Part shown: piece after piece, positions 9,204 through 19,291 of the stretch
Numbering within the stretch: the first letter of the stretch is position 1
How the letters are laid out: each line of letters begins with the position of its first letter
NCBI GenBank assembly: GCA_013821905.1
Contig: PNJO01000001.1
Coordinates: forward strand, 5,989-69,988
DNA length: 64,000 nt
DNA from: Sphingopyxis sp.
Lineage (GTDB): Bacteria; Pseudomonadota; Alphaproteobacteria; Sphingomonadales; Sphingomonadaceae
Reading direction: 5' to 3'
Translations under genes and position numbers: made by a program
Notes under the pieces: generated by a model
The model's input: the letters and a program-made list of their open reading frames with translations, nothing else
Told to the model about the DNA's origin: nothing
The model's database searches: none

Positions 9204-12200
9204 TTAATCGTCCGGCCGCCGTGCCCGGACCCGGACACGCTTGAGGTTCGATTTCGTGAGGTCGTTGAGGCGCCGTGCCAGTTGCTGCTCGGCAAAATAG
9301 GTGAGTTGTGGGTCGATATTGATCTGATCGATAATGCGCAGCGGGTCATCGCGCATATAGGTCGGCTCGGGTTCGCAGACATCGAGTGCAAACTCCATCG
9401 TTACGAGCGAGGGGCGCTGCCGAAACTGCTCGGCTGCGGCCGCCGCATCGAGCCATACCCGCCGCACTTCATAAAGCTTGTCGCGCAAGTGCCGGTCGCG
9501 TTCGGTTTCGAGAAGGCCGGTCAGCAGGTGCGGCCCATCGGGCATCCAGCCGATCGCTTCAACAAGAGCTTCCTTCCGCTCGGCATCCGCTGCCGCGAAC
9601 TGCGCCATCAGATAGGGCTTGATCGTCGTGTGACCGATCCGGAGCTCGACACAGGCGGCGCGATAGGCATATCGATCGCCGCTACCCGGGCGGTCCTCGT
9701 CGAGGGCATCGACCATGGCCTCGAGCGCGCGCGAATCGACCGCCCGCACTGCGCGCGCCATGCTGCGCCGGCGATCGGGGTAGCCGATCCAGGCTTGGCG
9801 AAACGCCTGCGTCGCGCGATCCTTGTCGATCCGCGCCAGCGTCGCGATCGCATCGGGCTGAACGTTGGTGATAAAGTCGGGCTCGGAAAAAGCGCGTTCG
9901 AGCAAGATGTTGAGCGCCTTCACCTCGTCCTTGTCGACGAGCTGCTCGACGAAATCATCGGCCGACCAGAATCCACGCCCGCCGACGCGTTCCCCGATGG
10001 CCCAAAGCGCCTCGCTCGCGCCACCCTGGCCAAGCCGAATGACAAGCGCCTCGGAATCATAACTCTTCCAGCTCTTCGCATTCCCGAGCCGAGCGAGATA
10101 GGTATCGAAGATCGCCCGTGCCTCGGGCGACTTGTCCTTAAGGAGCGTATTGAGCGCACCGAGGCGGCCCGCTTCGTCGTCGTCGGTCGCGAGCCGCGCA
10201 AGCGCCCTCGCGGTGAGGTCGGGATCGCTCGGGCCGGCGACCGCGGCGGCGTTGAGAAGCATCGCCTCGATTTTGCTCCCCGGAGCACGGCCTCTCAGGC
10301 TTTCGAGCAGAAAGGCCTGATCGCCGGCCTCTTCATATTCGGGGAGCAGGCGGAGCGCGAAGGCGACATCCTCCTCGGTGTCGCGCTTTGTCAACGCCAT
10401 CAGCCGGGGTCGCCACCGCTCCGGCTCCACGGCCAGCAGGACGCGCCACAGGCTGAGCCGCACTTCGGTGGCATCGCCTTCACTCGTCCCGACCGAAGTC
10501 AGTTCTTCGAGCCGCGCCACAACCGGCGGGGTTGGCGCGAAAATGCTCATGGCGATGCCAGCGCGCGACTTGCCAAGATCGTCGTGTGACAGCGTGTGGA
10601 GCACCAAGCTCTCGTAATCGCTGCCGCCGATCCGCCGCAGGATGCGCCGGACTGCTACCTGCCGTTCGTCACTGTTTCTGTTGACGTGATCCATGGCGCG
10701 AGCGCAAATCCGTGCCGCGAAATCGGAACCCCGATAGGCTTCGAATAACGGGTCATGGCGCGGGTCGAGCGTCAGGCTCCCGAGCAGCGCGACGAGCGAG
10801 GCAAAGGGATCGCGCCGACCCTCGCCAAAGGGCGCACCCATGATATCGGCGAGTTTCGCCAACAGGTGCGAAACGAGCGCGTCATCGACGCGGTCCTCGG
10901 CGCGGGAAAACAGCGCGGCAAGCTCCCCGCCGGTCGAATCGCCGGCCTCGCGCCACTGCTGGAGCGCGGTTCGCGTGCGATCTCCATCATAGTCGAACAG
11001 GCGGTCCATCCAGTCGCGACCTGGAGGGATAGGCGCGAGCGGTGGAAGTGCTTCGATATAGTCGAGCACCGCCCCTGGATCGATCTTGGCCCAGGTCGCG
11101 ACCGCCTTGCTGGCCCAAGCACGGTCCGAAAGCGCGTGCAGTGCCAGCACGCCGGCATCCCGTTCGTCGCCGAAGCGGTCGATACACTCGATCAGGACCG
11201 ACTGCCGTTCGGGGGCGATCACTCCGAAAAGCCGGTCGCGGGTTCGCGACCAGATGGCGTTGCCGCGCTCCACGTCGAGCGACTTCAGGAAATAGGCCGC
11301 AATGCGATATTCGTCGGCACTTCTCTCGCTCTCGACGAGATCGGTCAACCAGTCGGGGGCGTCGCAGACGATGGTGCGCAGCGCCGCATCCATGGCATCG
11401 AAGCGCTCCGAAACGTAGCGATCGCTCTCGCGCTCGGCCGACATCGTGCAATAGTCGGTCCAGAGTCTGTCGCGATGCGCATGGAAGGGCCAGCCATTTG
11501 CAAGGGTCAGCGCGACGTCGATGCTATGCTCGCTCGCATGCGCCCACAGCTCGTCGAGAAGGACATCGCGCTTGGCACGATCGTCGCCCATGACTTGGCG
11601 GAGAGCCGCGACGATGTGAATCGCCATATGGCCGTCGTCGGCGCCGAGGCGCTTGATGCGGGCCACCAGCACCGGAATGATACGAGGGCCGATCGTCGGC
11701 AAGAGCGACCGGTAGAGTTCCCAAGGCCCCGTCGATTCCTCGTCTTCAAACCCGGCGAGGAACGCCGCAATCTCGTCGGCGCGTGCAGCGTCGGCGCTGA
11801 TCTGCCACACCACGTCCATGAGGAGGAAGCCAAGGCCTGCGAGCGTATCCGAAGCCTTTTCGCGCGCGGCGTTCAGCGTCTTGACGATGTCGATCAGGTC
11901 GGCGGCACTGCGTAAACGCTGCCCGAAATCAAAGGCCAGGGCTTCGGAAATGGCCCAAGTGAGCAGCCGATCATGCGCAAAACTCCAGCGCGTCCCGAGG
12001 TTCGACAACCAACCCGCGGCAAGCAGTTCCTCCAGTTCACCGGTCGTGAAACCGAGCGCCGCCATCTCGTCGTCGGTGGTATAGGCGCGCCGCGTCTCGA
12101 CAAGGAGGCGCGCGAGCGCCTTCAGTCGAACCGTTGCATAGGCTCCGGCGCGATCCCGTGCGCGCGTCCAGAAGGCTTCGAGCACTCGGTACTCGTTCTG

Positions 12201-13628
12201 CGGGTCCCAGCCGGGCATCTCGAGCGCGAGCCGCGAATAAATGCCGCAGAGAACGGGGCGGTGAAGCATTGCGCGGATATTGCGCGGCACGAGACCCGCA
12301 TCGACGCCGCGCCGCTCGAGCGCCTTGAACAACTGGATCGGCGTGAAGTCGCCGACCCTGTGGCTCGGAAAGGCCGCGCTGTTGCCGTCCCCCGCCACGC
12401 CAACCGGATATTCCGCGACGAGCGCTAGCCCCGCGCCAAGCCCGCCTTCGAGGTCGATGGCGTCCAGATCGGCAGCATTGCGGCAGCCTTCCCAAAGGAT
12501 CGCGATCCGATCCGCGGTCCCGCATTGCCTTTGCCCTGTCGCGCCGAGCAACGGCACTTGCACGGGTTCCGCCAGTTGCAGACCGTCCACGGCAATGATG
12601 CGCTGCAGCTGGCGTTCGAGGTCGGCGCGAGATGATGCGCGCACCAGCACAGCAGGATGGCGCGCGTGCAGCAGCGCCGATGCGGTCCGGTAGAGGCTCC
12701 AAGATTTTCCCTGGCCCGAGGCGCCAACGACAATCGTGATCGCCGCCTCGGGAACAGCAAGAGGCTCGCGAACATCGAGCGCGGGATCATAGTCGCGCTT
12801 GCCAAGCGATGCCGCAAGCCTGTCGAGCATTCGGTTGAGCACCGTGTCGGCCGCCGCGTCGTCGCTACGCGCGAGACCGAGCCGGGCGCGGAGGTCGTCG
12901 ACAGATATGACGGCATCATTCGTCTTCGCGCGCCCGATTAGATAGCCAACCAGTTGGTCGAGCCTGTCCGTAGCCTTTTCGGAATATGCGAGCGATCGTT
13001 GAAGCCATGCCACAACGCCGGCCTGCGCGCGGGCGAGCGAGAGCGGCTCGGCAGCCACGAAGCGGGCGAAAAAGGAGGCAAGGTCGCGTTCGAACGTTTC
13101 GCTCGATGCGCCGGTGGCGCCATGGATGGGGCGGCAACGCGCGGCGATCGCGCGCATGTCGGGATCGTCGAGCCATGCTTGGCGCGGCCCGTTCCGTCCC
13201 GCCTCGACAAGGCGGCGCGCGAGCGCGGATGCGGGCCTGCTCACCCCGTTCGTTGTCTGAAGGATATAAGAGGAGCACGCGCGATCGCTATGCGCGCGGT
13301 AAAGATCAGGCAGGACCTTGTGGATGAGATCGCCGCGTCCCACCGCAGTGCTGCGATGCTTGAACTGATAGGCGATGCGTCCTTGGCCGGTCTGGATCGT
13401 GAGGTCCGCCCCCGCACGCGGTTCGATCACAGCAACGATCGTATCGGGGTCGACCTTGCTCCCCGATCGCGCGAAGTGCGCGCCGAGAAGCGCATCGAGC
13501 GAGCCTGCCAACTGGTAGAGAAAGCCATAGATTGCAGCCGACCCGGCTTGCGACAAGTGGGGTTCCGACTGCGAGCCCGCACCCGCCGCCGGAGCTTCGC
13601 TATTGCGTGATGCCAGCCCGCTGCTCAT
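9204..13628 (-). CDS. Avs-like STAND NTPase: N-terminal Cap4-like PD-(D/E)XK nuclease, P-loop, long helical repeat region
   Basis: AGSAAIYGFLYQ...GADL...AYQFKH; Walker A GASGQGKS; WSFAHDRLL winged-helix motif; ~900 aa helical C-terminus. Confidence 0.75.
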   Translation of the reverse strand: MSSGLASRNSEAPAAGAGSQSEPHLSQAGSAAIYGFLYQLAGSLDALLGAHFARSGSKVDPDTIVAVIEPRAGADLTIQTGQGRIAYQFKHRSTAVGRGDLIHKVLPDLYRAHSDRACSSYILQTTNGVSRPASALARRLVEAGRNGPRQAWLDDPDMRAIAARCRPIHGATGASSETFERDLASFFARFVAAEPLSLARAQAGVVAWLQRSLAYSEKATDRLDQLVGYLIGRAKTNDAVISVDDLRARLGLARSDDAAADTVLNRMLDRLAASLGKRDYDPALDVREPLAVPEAAITIVVGASGQGKSWSLYRTASALLHARHPAVLVRASSRADLERQLQRIIAVDGLQLAEPVQVPLLGATGQRQCGTADRIAILWEGCRNAADLDAIDLEGGLGAGLALVAEYPVGVAGDGNSAAFPSHRVGDFTPIQLFKALERRGVDAGLVPRNIRAMLHRPVLCGIYSRLALEMPGWDPQNEYRVLEAFWTRARDRAGAYATVRLKALARLLVETRRAYTTDDEMAALGFTTGELEELLAAGWLSNLGTRWSFAHDRLLTWAISEALAFDFGQRLRSAADLIDIVKTLNAAREKASDTLAGLGFLLMDVVWQISADAARADEIAAFLAGFEDEESTGPWELYRSLLPTIGPRIIPVLVARIKRLGADDGHMAIHIVAALRQVMGDDRAKRDVLLDELWAHASEHSIDVALTLANGWPFHAHRDRLWTDYCTMSAERESDRYVSERFDAMDAALRTIVCDAPDWLTDLVESERSADEYRIAAYFLKSLDVERGNAIWSRTRDRLFGVIAPERQSVLIECIDRFGDERDAGVLALHALSDRAWASKAVATWAKIDPGAVLDYIEALPPLAPIPPGRDWMDRLFDYDGDRTRTALQQWREAGDSTGGELAALFSRAEDRVDDALVSHLLAKLADIMGAPFGEGRRDPFASLVALLGSLTLDPRHDPLFEAYRGSDFAARICARAMDHVNRNSDERQVAVRRILRRIGGSDYESLVLHTLSHDDLGKSRAGIAMSIFAPTPPVVARLEELTSVGTSEGDATEVRLSLWRVLLAVEPERWRPRLMALTKRDTEEDVAFALRLLPEYEEAGDQAFLLESLRGRAPGSKIEAMLLNAAAVAGPSDPDLTARALARLATDDDEAGRLGALNTLLKDKSPEARAIFDTYLARLGNAKSWKSYDSEALVIRLGQGGASEALWAIGERVGGRGFWSADDFVEQLVDKDEVKALNILLERAFSEPDFITNVQPDAIATLARIDKDRATQAFRQAWIGYPDRRRSMARAVRAVDSRALEAMVDALDEDRPGSGDRYAYRAACVELRIGHTTIKPYLMAQFAAADAERKEALVEAIGWMPDGPHLLTGLLETERDRHLRDKLYEVRRVWLDAAAAAEQFRQRPSLVTMEFALDVCEPEPTYMRDDPLRIIDQINIDPQLTYFAEQQLARRLNDLTKSNLKRVRVRARRPDD

Positions 13629-13663
13629 TCGGGCACCTTCGGGAATTTGGTGCGCTTTGACAA

Positions 13664-14266
13664 TCAGCCATCCTCGCCCGGTTCGGCGCCTGGCGGCGGC
13701 TTAAGAGCGACGAGCGCGTCGATTGCGTCACGGTCCGCCGCACAAAAGAGGATCGGAACCATTGCCACTTGCAGATGCCGCGCGAGGCCGAGCCGATGAT
13801 TGCCGCCCCGCACGCTGAGCCCCTTCGCCTGCGGCATGAGTACCGGCGGCGTTACCGATCCGCCGCTTTCGAGATGCGCGACGAGCGTTGCGGTCTTGTT
13901 GCGATAGCGCTTCGAGAAAGGCGTTCCGATCCGGCGCGAGTACTCGACAAGGACCTCGTGCAACAGGTCACTCTCTACCCAGCCTATCTCGATATCGGGA
14001 AAGGTGCGGGCGAAGGATTCAGCATCATGGTCATCCATCGACCGATAGAAATGCGCGGGCTCCAAGTCCCAATGCAGCGCGACACGCGGCCATTGCTCAT
14101 CGGGCAGATGGAAGATGTCCATGCCGCGTCGAAGCCGATGCTGGTTGGCGATTGCTTCATCGAGCCCGATCTCGCCTTGGGCCACCCGCAACGCAGCTTG
14201 CATGGAAAGCCCGTGGCGTGCCGCGAGTTCAGCGGCTTTGGCCAAAATCGCCTTCACGTCACACAC
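13664..14266 (-). CDS. ParB/Srx-like domain protein
   Basis: VTPPVL...VRGGNHRLGLA...VPIL motif; overlaps the upstream gene's stop. Confidence 0.65.
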   Translation of the reverse strand: MCDVKAILAKAAELAARHGLSMQAALRVAQGEIGLDEAIANQHRLRRGMDIFHLPDEQWPRVALHWDLEPAHFYRSMDDHDAESFARTFPDIEIGWVESDLLHEVLVEYSRRIGTPFSKRYRNKTATLVAHLESGGSVTPPVLMPQAKGLSVRGGNHRLGLARHLQVAMVPILFCAADRDAIDALVALKPPPGAEPGEDG

Positions 14267-15170
14267 CGCTGGCTTTCGGTGCGACGATGCAGATCACGCT
14301 CTGCAGGTCGGCCGTCGCCCCCGACAGATCGGCCTCGAGCTGGTCGGGATGTTTCAGCACCCCGTCGGGATCGTAAACCAGGGCAATCATATGGTTGACA
14401 TTGGGATTGGCACCATAATGCGCCCGATCGACGATCAGCTCTTCCAGGATTTTCTTGTCCTTGCCGGGGCGTGCAAATTTGAGCTCGATCATCAGCCGTT
14501 GCGGCTTGAGATAGAATTCGCAGCGCGTACTGCTCCCGCCGAGCGACGGGTTCGGCTCTTCGATCCGGATGTCCGGGAAGAAGCCCGCGAGGATCGCGTG
14601 GAACAGATATTGGCAGTCCCATTCGTCCTGGAGCGTCCAGATCGTCCCGCCATGGGGATGATAGCGAAGCGCCCGCGCCGAGGCATGGAAACGGCGCGCG
14701 AGCCGCTCGACGATCTGAAGGTCGCTTGTCTGCGCCGGGTTGAACTTCGGATCAGGGCGTAACGCGATGACATGGTCGACCGCCGCAAGCGTATGGTTCA
14801 CCTGCTTCAAGGTAGAGTGTATGATGTCGGGATAGCCGATCCCGGTGCTGCCCGCGTGAAAGTGCTCGCCCGCCGCCACCACATCGTGGCGCATCTTGTC
14901 GACGAAAGCGCGATAATCTTCGAGCGCGTCCGCGACCGCCGCCGGCGAGCCGTAATTCGAACCGGGAATCGCCCGGTCGGCGACGAAGTCCTGCGTATAT
15001 TCCTTCAGGCTGAGAATGACGCTTTTGACCGTGGAAAACCATGCTGCGCCTTGCGCCTGCGGGCCATCCTCCCGCATCTCCGCCATGAGATTGTCGAAGT
15101 CCTGACGGGCCGCCCGCCGCGCCTTGTAAAGATAGTCCAGCGCATCGACCGCCCATTGCATCTCGTCCAA
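14259..15170 (-). CDS. REase DpnII-MboI-like PD-(D/E)XK protein with helical N-terminus
   Basis: DEWDCQYLFHAIL...EEPNPS..GSSTRCEFYL...IELK...DRAHY...VYDP; TTG start 7 nt after GGGAGA. Confidence 0.8.
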   Translation of the reverse strand: MDEMQWAVDALDYLYKARRAARQDFDNLMAEMREDGPQAQGAAWFSTVKSVILSLKEYTQDFVADRAIPGSNYGSPAAVADALEDYRAFVDKMRHDVVAAGEHFHAGSTGIGYPDIIHSTLKQVNHTLAAVDHVIALRPDPKFNPAQTSDLQIVERLARRFHASARALRYHPHGGTIWTLQDEWDCQYLFHAILAGFFPDIRIEEPNPSLGGSSTRCEFYLKPQRLMIELKFARPGKDKKILEELIVDRAHYGANPNVNHMIALVYDPDGVLKHPDQLEADLSGATADLQSVICIVAPKASGV

Positions 15171-15247
15171 GCGTCATTCTCCCATTTGATCCGTTATGCG
15201 GCCTTCCCAGCTATTCTATCGGGCACGCCGCCGCTATATATTCTCGC

Positions 15248-16363
15248 ATGATCGACCGCGCGCTCGACGCTATAACCCTGTCCGATATCGAGGATCTTGT
15301 CCGCTTCAAACGCAGCGAAGGAAGGACACTCGATTTCAAGGCGACGTTCCCCGATGCAGGTCACAAAGGCGTGCGCGATTTCCTCGCCGATGTCACCGCC
15401 TTCGCAAACAGCGGCGGCGGCGACCTCGTGATCGGTGTAACCGAGGACGACAATGGCGACGCCGCCGAGGTGCTCGGGATATCGCGCGACAATCTCGACG
15501 AGAATTTGCGGCGCATCGAGGATCAACTTCGCAGCTGCGTCGATCCGCGCGTGCCCGACTTTCGCATTCATCGCGTCGATCTGCCGGACGGCAAGGTTGT
15601 TCTTGTCCTCCGCGTCGGCGCGAGCCTGATCGCGCCGCACCGCGTGACCTTCGATCGCAGCAGCCGTTTCTACCGCCGCACCAACAGGGCGAATTCCGAT
15701 ATGAGCACCGCCGAGATCCGCCAAGCTTTCGCCGCATCCGAAGACACCCCGCGGAAAATCCGCGACCTCCACAGGCAGGCGCTTGCCGCTGCGGAAGGCG
15801 CCGATATGCCTGTTCGCTTGCGCGGCGAGCCGGCCGCGATTCTCACGATCGCGCCGCTCTCCGTGCTCCGCGAGGCGCGAAGCCTTCCCGTCGGACGCGA
15901 CGATGTCGTTTTTCCGCCGCGCATGACCGGCGCGATCAATACCGTCGTCGGACTCGACAGTGTAATTGTTCATTCTCCCGTCGATGACGGGTCCGGCGCC
16001 GTCCGAACTTTCTCGATCAACCATCGCCGGGGTTATATCGACCATGCTTGGACGATCGGGCACGAGAAGGATGGAACGACTTACGTCTGGCAGGACAATT
16101 TCGTCGTCAAGATCGAGGAGGCCGCGCGCAGCACGCTCGCGCGGCTTCGAGCTCACGGGATTGAGGGTCCGTGGATCGTTATGGCGACGCTCATCCGTAT
16201 CAAGGGTGCGCGTCTGTTCCTCGGCGATCACCAACTCAGCGAGCCTGCGTGGCAAGATCCCGCCTTTCTCGGCGAAATCATCGACGACCGGCTCGACAAG
16301 GACGCCCTCAAGCCTTTCGTCGACGGATTTTGGCGCGTCTTCGGCGTCGATGCGGCCCAATGA
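15248..16363 (+). CDS. AlbA_2/Schlafen-domain protein
   Basis: EGRTLDFKA...FLADVTAFANSGGGDLVIGV...APH...FYRR. Confidence 0.9.
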   Translation: MIDRALDAITLSDIEDLVRFKRSEGRTLDFKATFPDAGHKGVRDFLADVTAFANSGGGDLVIGVTEDDNGDAAEVLGISRDNLDENLRRIEDQLRSCVDPRVPDFRIHRVDLPDGKVVLVLRVGASLIAPHRVTFDRSSRFYRRTNRANSDMSTAEIRQAFAASEDTPRKIRDLHRQALAAAEGADMPVRLRGEPAAILTIAPLSVLREARSLPVGRDDVVFPPRMTGAINTVVGLDSVIVHSPVDDGSGAVRTFSINHRRGYIDHAWTIGHEKDGTTYVWQDNFVVKIEEAARSTLARLRAHGIEGPWIVMATLIRIKGARLFLGDHQLSEPAWQDPAFLGEIIDDRLDKDALKPFVDGFWRVFGVDAAQ

Positions 16364-16446
16364 AGGTTTTTGTCGCTCCCGCGTCGCAGATGGCGGCAGC
16401 GCATCCTTCGCTATGGTCGGCATCCGACCGCTGCTAGGCTCATCGC

Positions 16447-17630
16447 ATGGACGAAGAGAATCTTATTTTCCTCAGCTATGCGAGCCCCGATCGCGATGCC
16501 GTCATGGGCTTCCACGCGTCGCTACAAGCTGCAGGCTACAATGTCTGGATGGACCGCTTTCGCCTCAAGGGCGGCCAAGCATGGGACGTCGAGGTCAAGC
16601 GTGCGATGCGTAAGGCAACGATCATCGTCGTGTTCCTCTCCTCGCACTCGGTCGATCGCCGCGGCTATGCGCAACGCGAAGTGAAGATCGCGCTGGAACA
16701 GCTCAAGGACCGCCTCGTCGACGACATTTATCTGATCCCGGTGATGCTCGAGCCCGGTCTGGCGGTTCCTGACCAACTCGCGGACATTCAGGCGGTCGGT
16801 CTGGACGGTCAGGACGCCGGTACCGCGCTCAAGGACGCGATCGACGAGCAGCTCTCGCGCCTCGGCGCCAAGATCGCGCAGGTGCAGGCGGACGCCAATA
16901 TCCAGTGGACCGACAGCGTCTTCGAGGACAAATGGGATGGACTGCCCGGCTATGATGTGAGCTACCATCTGCCGCGCTTCACCTCGCGCGACTATCCGGC
17001 GTCGCGGAAATCACCGACGTCCTGCGCGGCTGGCTCCAAGGCCAGGTCATGGGCCAGCGAACCGTCAAGTTCGACCAGTCGCCTGACCTCTACAGCTTCG
17101 CCGAAACCCGTTTCAGCCGCCAGAACAGCTGGGAGGCCTCCTATGGCGAACCGCAGATCCGGGGACGCGTCCTCAGCATCGCCTTCTCAATCTGGTGGTA
17201 CGGCGCCAAGGCGGCCCATCCGAACCACCAGTATCAGACCTTCGCCTTCACGCTCGATCCGGTGACCCGGATCAGTGAACTTCGCGAGATCTTTGTCGAT
17301 CCCGATGCAGGGTTCAAGCTCGTCCAAAGCGAGTCTCGGCGTCTCCTTCTCGCTCTCGATCTGGATGGCGACATGCTCCCTCCCGATCAGATCGCGAGCG
17401 GAACAGAGACCTGGGACGACTTCAGCGATTTTCTGTTCACTGCGGACGGTCTCGACATATTCTTCCCACCATATCAGGTCGCCGCCTACGCCTATGGGCC
17501 GCAGCATGTCCGGATCGCCTACGACCTCCTTACCGACCTTCTTCTCCCGCTCTATGCGCAGCTGCTCGACGCGACCTATCTGGGTGCCGCCCATCGTAAT
17601 CCGCCATGGGACGACACAGCGTCCGCCTGA
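16447..17630 (+). pseudogene. TIR domain fused to an RsiV/DUF3298-like domain, split by a 1-nt frameshift at ~16998
   Basis: TIR: IFLSYAS.D...WMD...QREVKIALE. Second frame: WWYGAKAAHPNH...FLFTADGLDIFFPPYQVAAYAYGP. One extra base restores DYP-GVAEITDVLRGWL. Confidence 0.75.
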
Positions 17631-17657
17631 TCGCGTACAGTCAGGGAGGAATAACCG

Positions 17658-19151
17658 TTAGGCGGTCAGGCGCGTGCGCAGGTGGATCAGGCCGCGGAGG
17701 CCATCCTTGAACGCGCCTCTCGCTGCCGAAATGGACCCCGGATGGCGATCGGCGAGATAGCCATGCATCAACCACTGCCGATATTCAGGCGATGCCTTTT
17801 CGGACAGGATCGGATCGATCCCGGCTCGCTCGCAGGCGGAGAGCAGCCCTTCGAACTCCGAGATCGAACAGACATGGTAGGGATAGCGTCGCAGCAGCTC
17901 GGGGTCGAGGCGCCGCCGGACGAACTCGGCATCGACGAGCCCCGCGATGGTCGTGTGAATATACGGCCCAAAATAAAACCATTCATAGAAGGTCACGACG
18001 ACCGGATGGATCGGGCGGCCGTCATCCTGCCAATGCGGATAATGGCCGGCCATCGCATCGGTCAGCGTCGCATAAAGCTGTCCGATATTTTTCGCGAGCC
18101 GCTCGAGGGCTTTCGCAAGCGGGGGCTGTTCGGTGATCTCGCTCTGCGAGGCGATATCGAGCCGCGCCATCTTGCACTCGACGAACAGGGTGCCCGTCGC
18201 ATCGCTCATGATCCAGTCGACGCTTTTGCATTCGGGCGTGCCCCATATCGCTTCGCCGTGCCGCTCAAGCCAGTCTCCGCCGAGATGCGCCGCGACGCTC
18301 CCGACATAGGCTTCGAACGCATCCCCCACGGCATCGCCAAACTGGTCGTCCGAGCGAATCAGATCGAAGAAGAGCCCATCGGTGAGACGCCGCACGAGCA
18401 TCGTCGGGATCGGGCACATCACCGAGTCCGGGTTACCTGCATGGAGAAGGGGATATTCGCGCATCGGATTGAAGCTGAAGGCCCAGTTGACCCCATAGCT
18501 CTGGCGCGCTGCCAATTCGGCGCGCAGGTCGCCCGCCGATTTGGCGATGCGGTCGCGCAGTGCCTTCACCGGCTCATGGATCGACGGGTCGGCCTCCGCG
18601 AGAAAGGCAAAGGGGGGTGCCGGTCCCTCGGCAAGTTCCTGGATCAGTAGCATGATGATCTGAAAAAGCTCATCGGTTGACATGCCGAACAAGGCCTCGA
18701 CCATCGGCGCGACCCGCGGGTGCGCGTAGAGCTTGTGGAAGCGCGCGACTTCGCCAGTGGCGAGCGGCGACTGGTAACTGAATTGCTGAAAGGCGAGGCG
18801 CGACAGCTGCAGCAGGATGTCGGTCGGGCGATTGTCGTGCGCCCCCCAATAGCGATCCTCAAGCTTTTGGATCATCGACATTGTTGTGAATGCCGGCTTC
18901 GCGCTGTTGAAGGGTTTTCCCGGCCGCAGCTGACAATTGAGAACGATTTCACGGGCCATCAGCTCGACCAGATGGCCATGGAGCTGCGACCGCATCGGCG
19001 ACAGCCCGAGGCTCAGCGGAATATTCTCGAGTCGCGGCGGGAGGTCATGGTCCCAGCCGATGCGTTGCATATAGGCGTAGACCGTGCCGAGCGCGCTCCA
19101 CAGGTGAAATCCGCGCAGGTAATTTCGTAGCGGCTTGTAATGCGCGTACAT
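17658..19151 (-). CDS. Helical protein with C-terminal PD-(D/E)XK (NERD-like) nuclease domain
   Basis: GDAFEAYV...SVDWIM...LFVECK...IGQLY; ATG 19151 gives 497 aa. Confidence 0.7.
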   Translation of the reverse strand: MYAHYKPLRNYLRGFHLWSALGTVYAYMQRIGWDHDLPPRLENIPLSLGLSPMRSQLHGHLVELMAREIVLNCQLRPGKPFNSAKPAFTTMSMIQKLEDRYWGAHDNRPTDILLQLSRLAFQQFSYQSPLATGEVARFHKLYAHPRVAPMVEALFGMSTDELFQIIMLLIQELAEGPAPPFAFLAEADPSIHEPVKALRDRIAKSAGDLRAELAARQSYGVNWAFSFNPMREYPLLHAGNPDSVMCPIPTMLVRRLTDGLFFDLIRSDDQFGDAVGDAFEAYVGSVAAHLGGDWLERHGEAIWGTPECKSVDWIMSDATGTLFVECKMARLDIASQSEITEQPPLAKALERLAKNIGQLYATLTDAMAGHYPHWQDDGRPIHPVVVTFYEWFYFGPYIHTTIAGLVDAEFVRRRLDPELLRRYPYHVCSISEFEGLLSACERAGIDPILSEKASPEYRQWLMHGYLADRHPGSISAARGAFKDGLRGLIHLRTRLTA

Positions 19152-19291
19152 CCGGCAACGCTGCCATTGCACCGAGCTGCCTGCAACCGCGCTTCGCGAC
19201 CATTCCGCAAGTCCTGCCCGTCTGCGTCTTACATTATACTCAGCTATCGCCGTGAGGCGGCGTCCCGTCAGTCTGCGTTCGAGGTGATGCG

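Noticed and set aside
16447..17630. Thoeris, CBASS or Pycsar assignment for the TIR gene
   Set aside because: No ThsA-type effector or cyclase nearby
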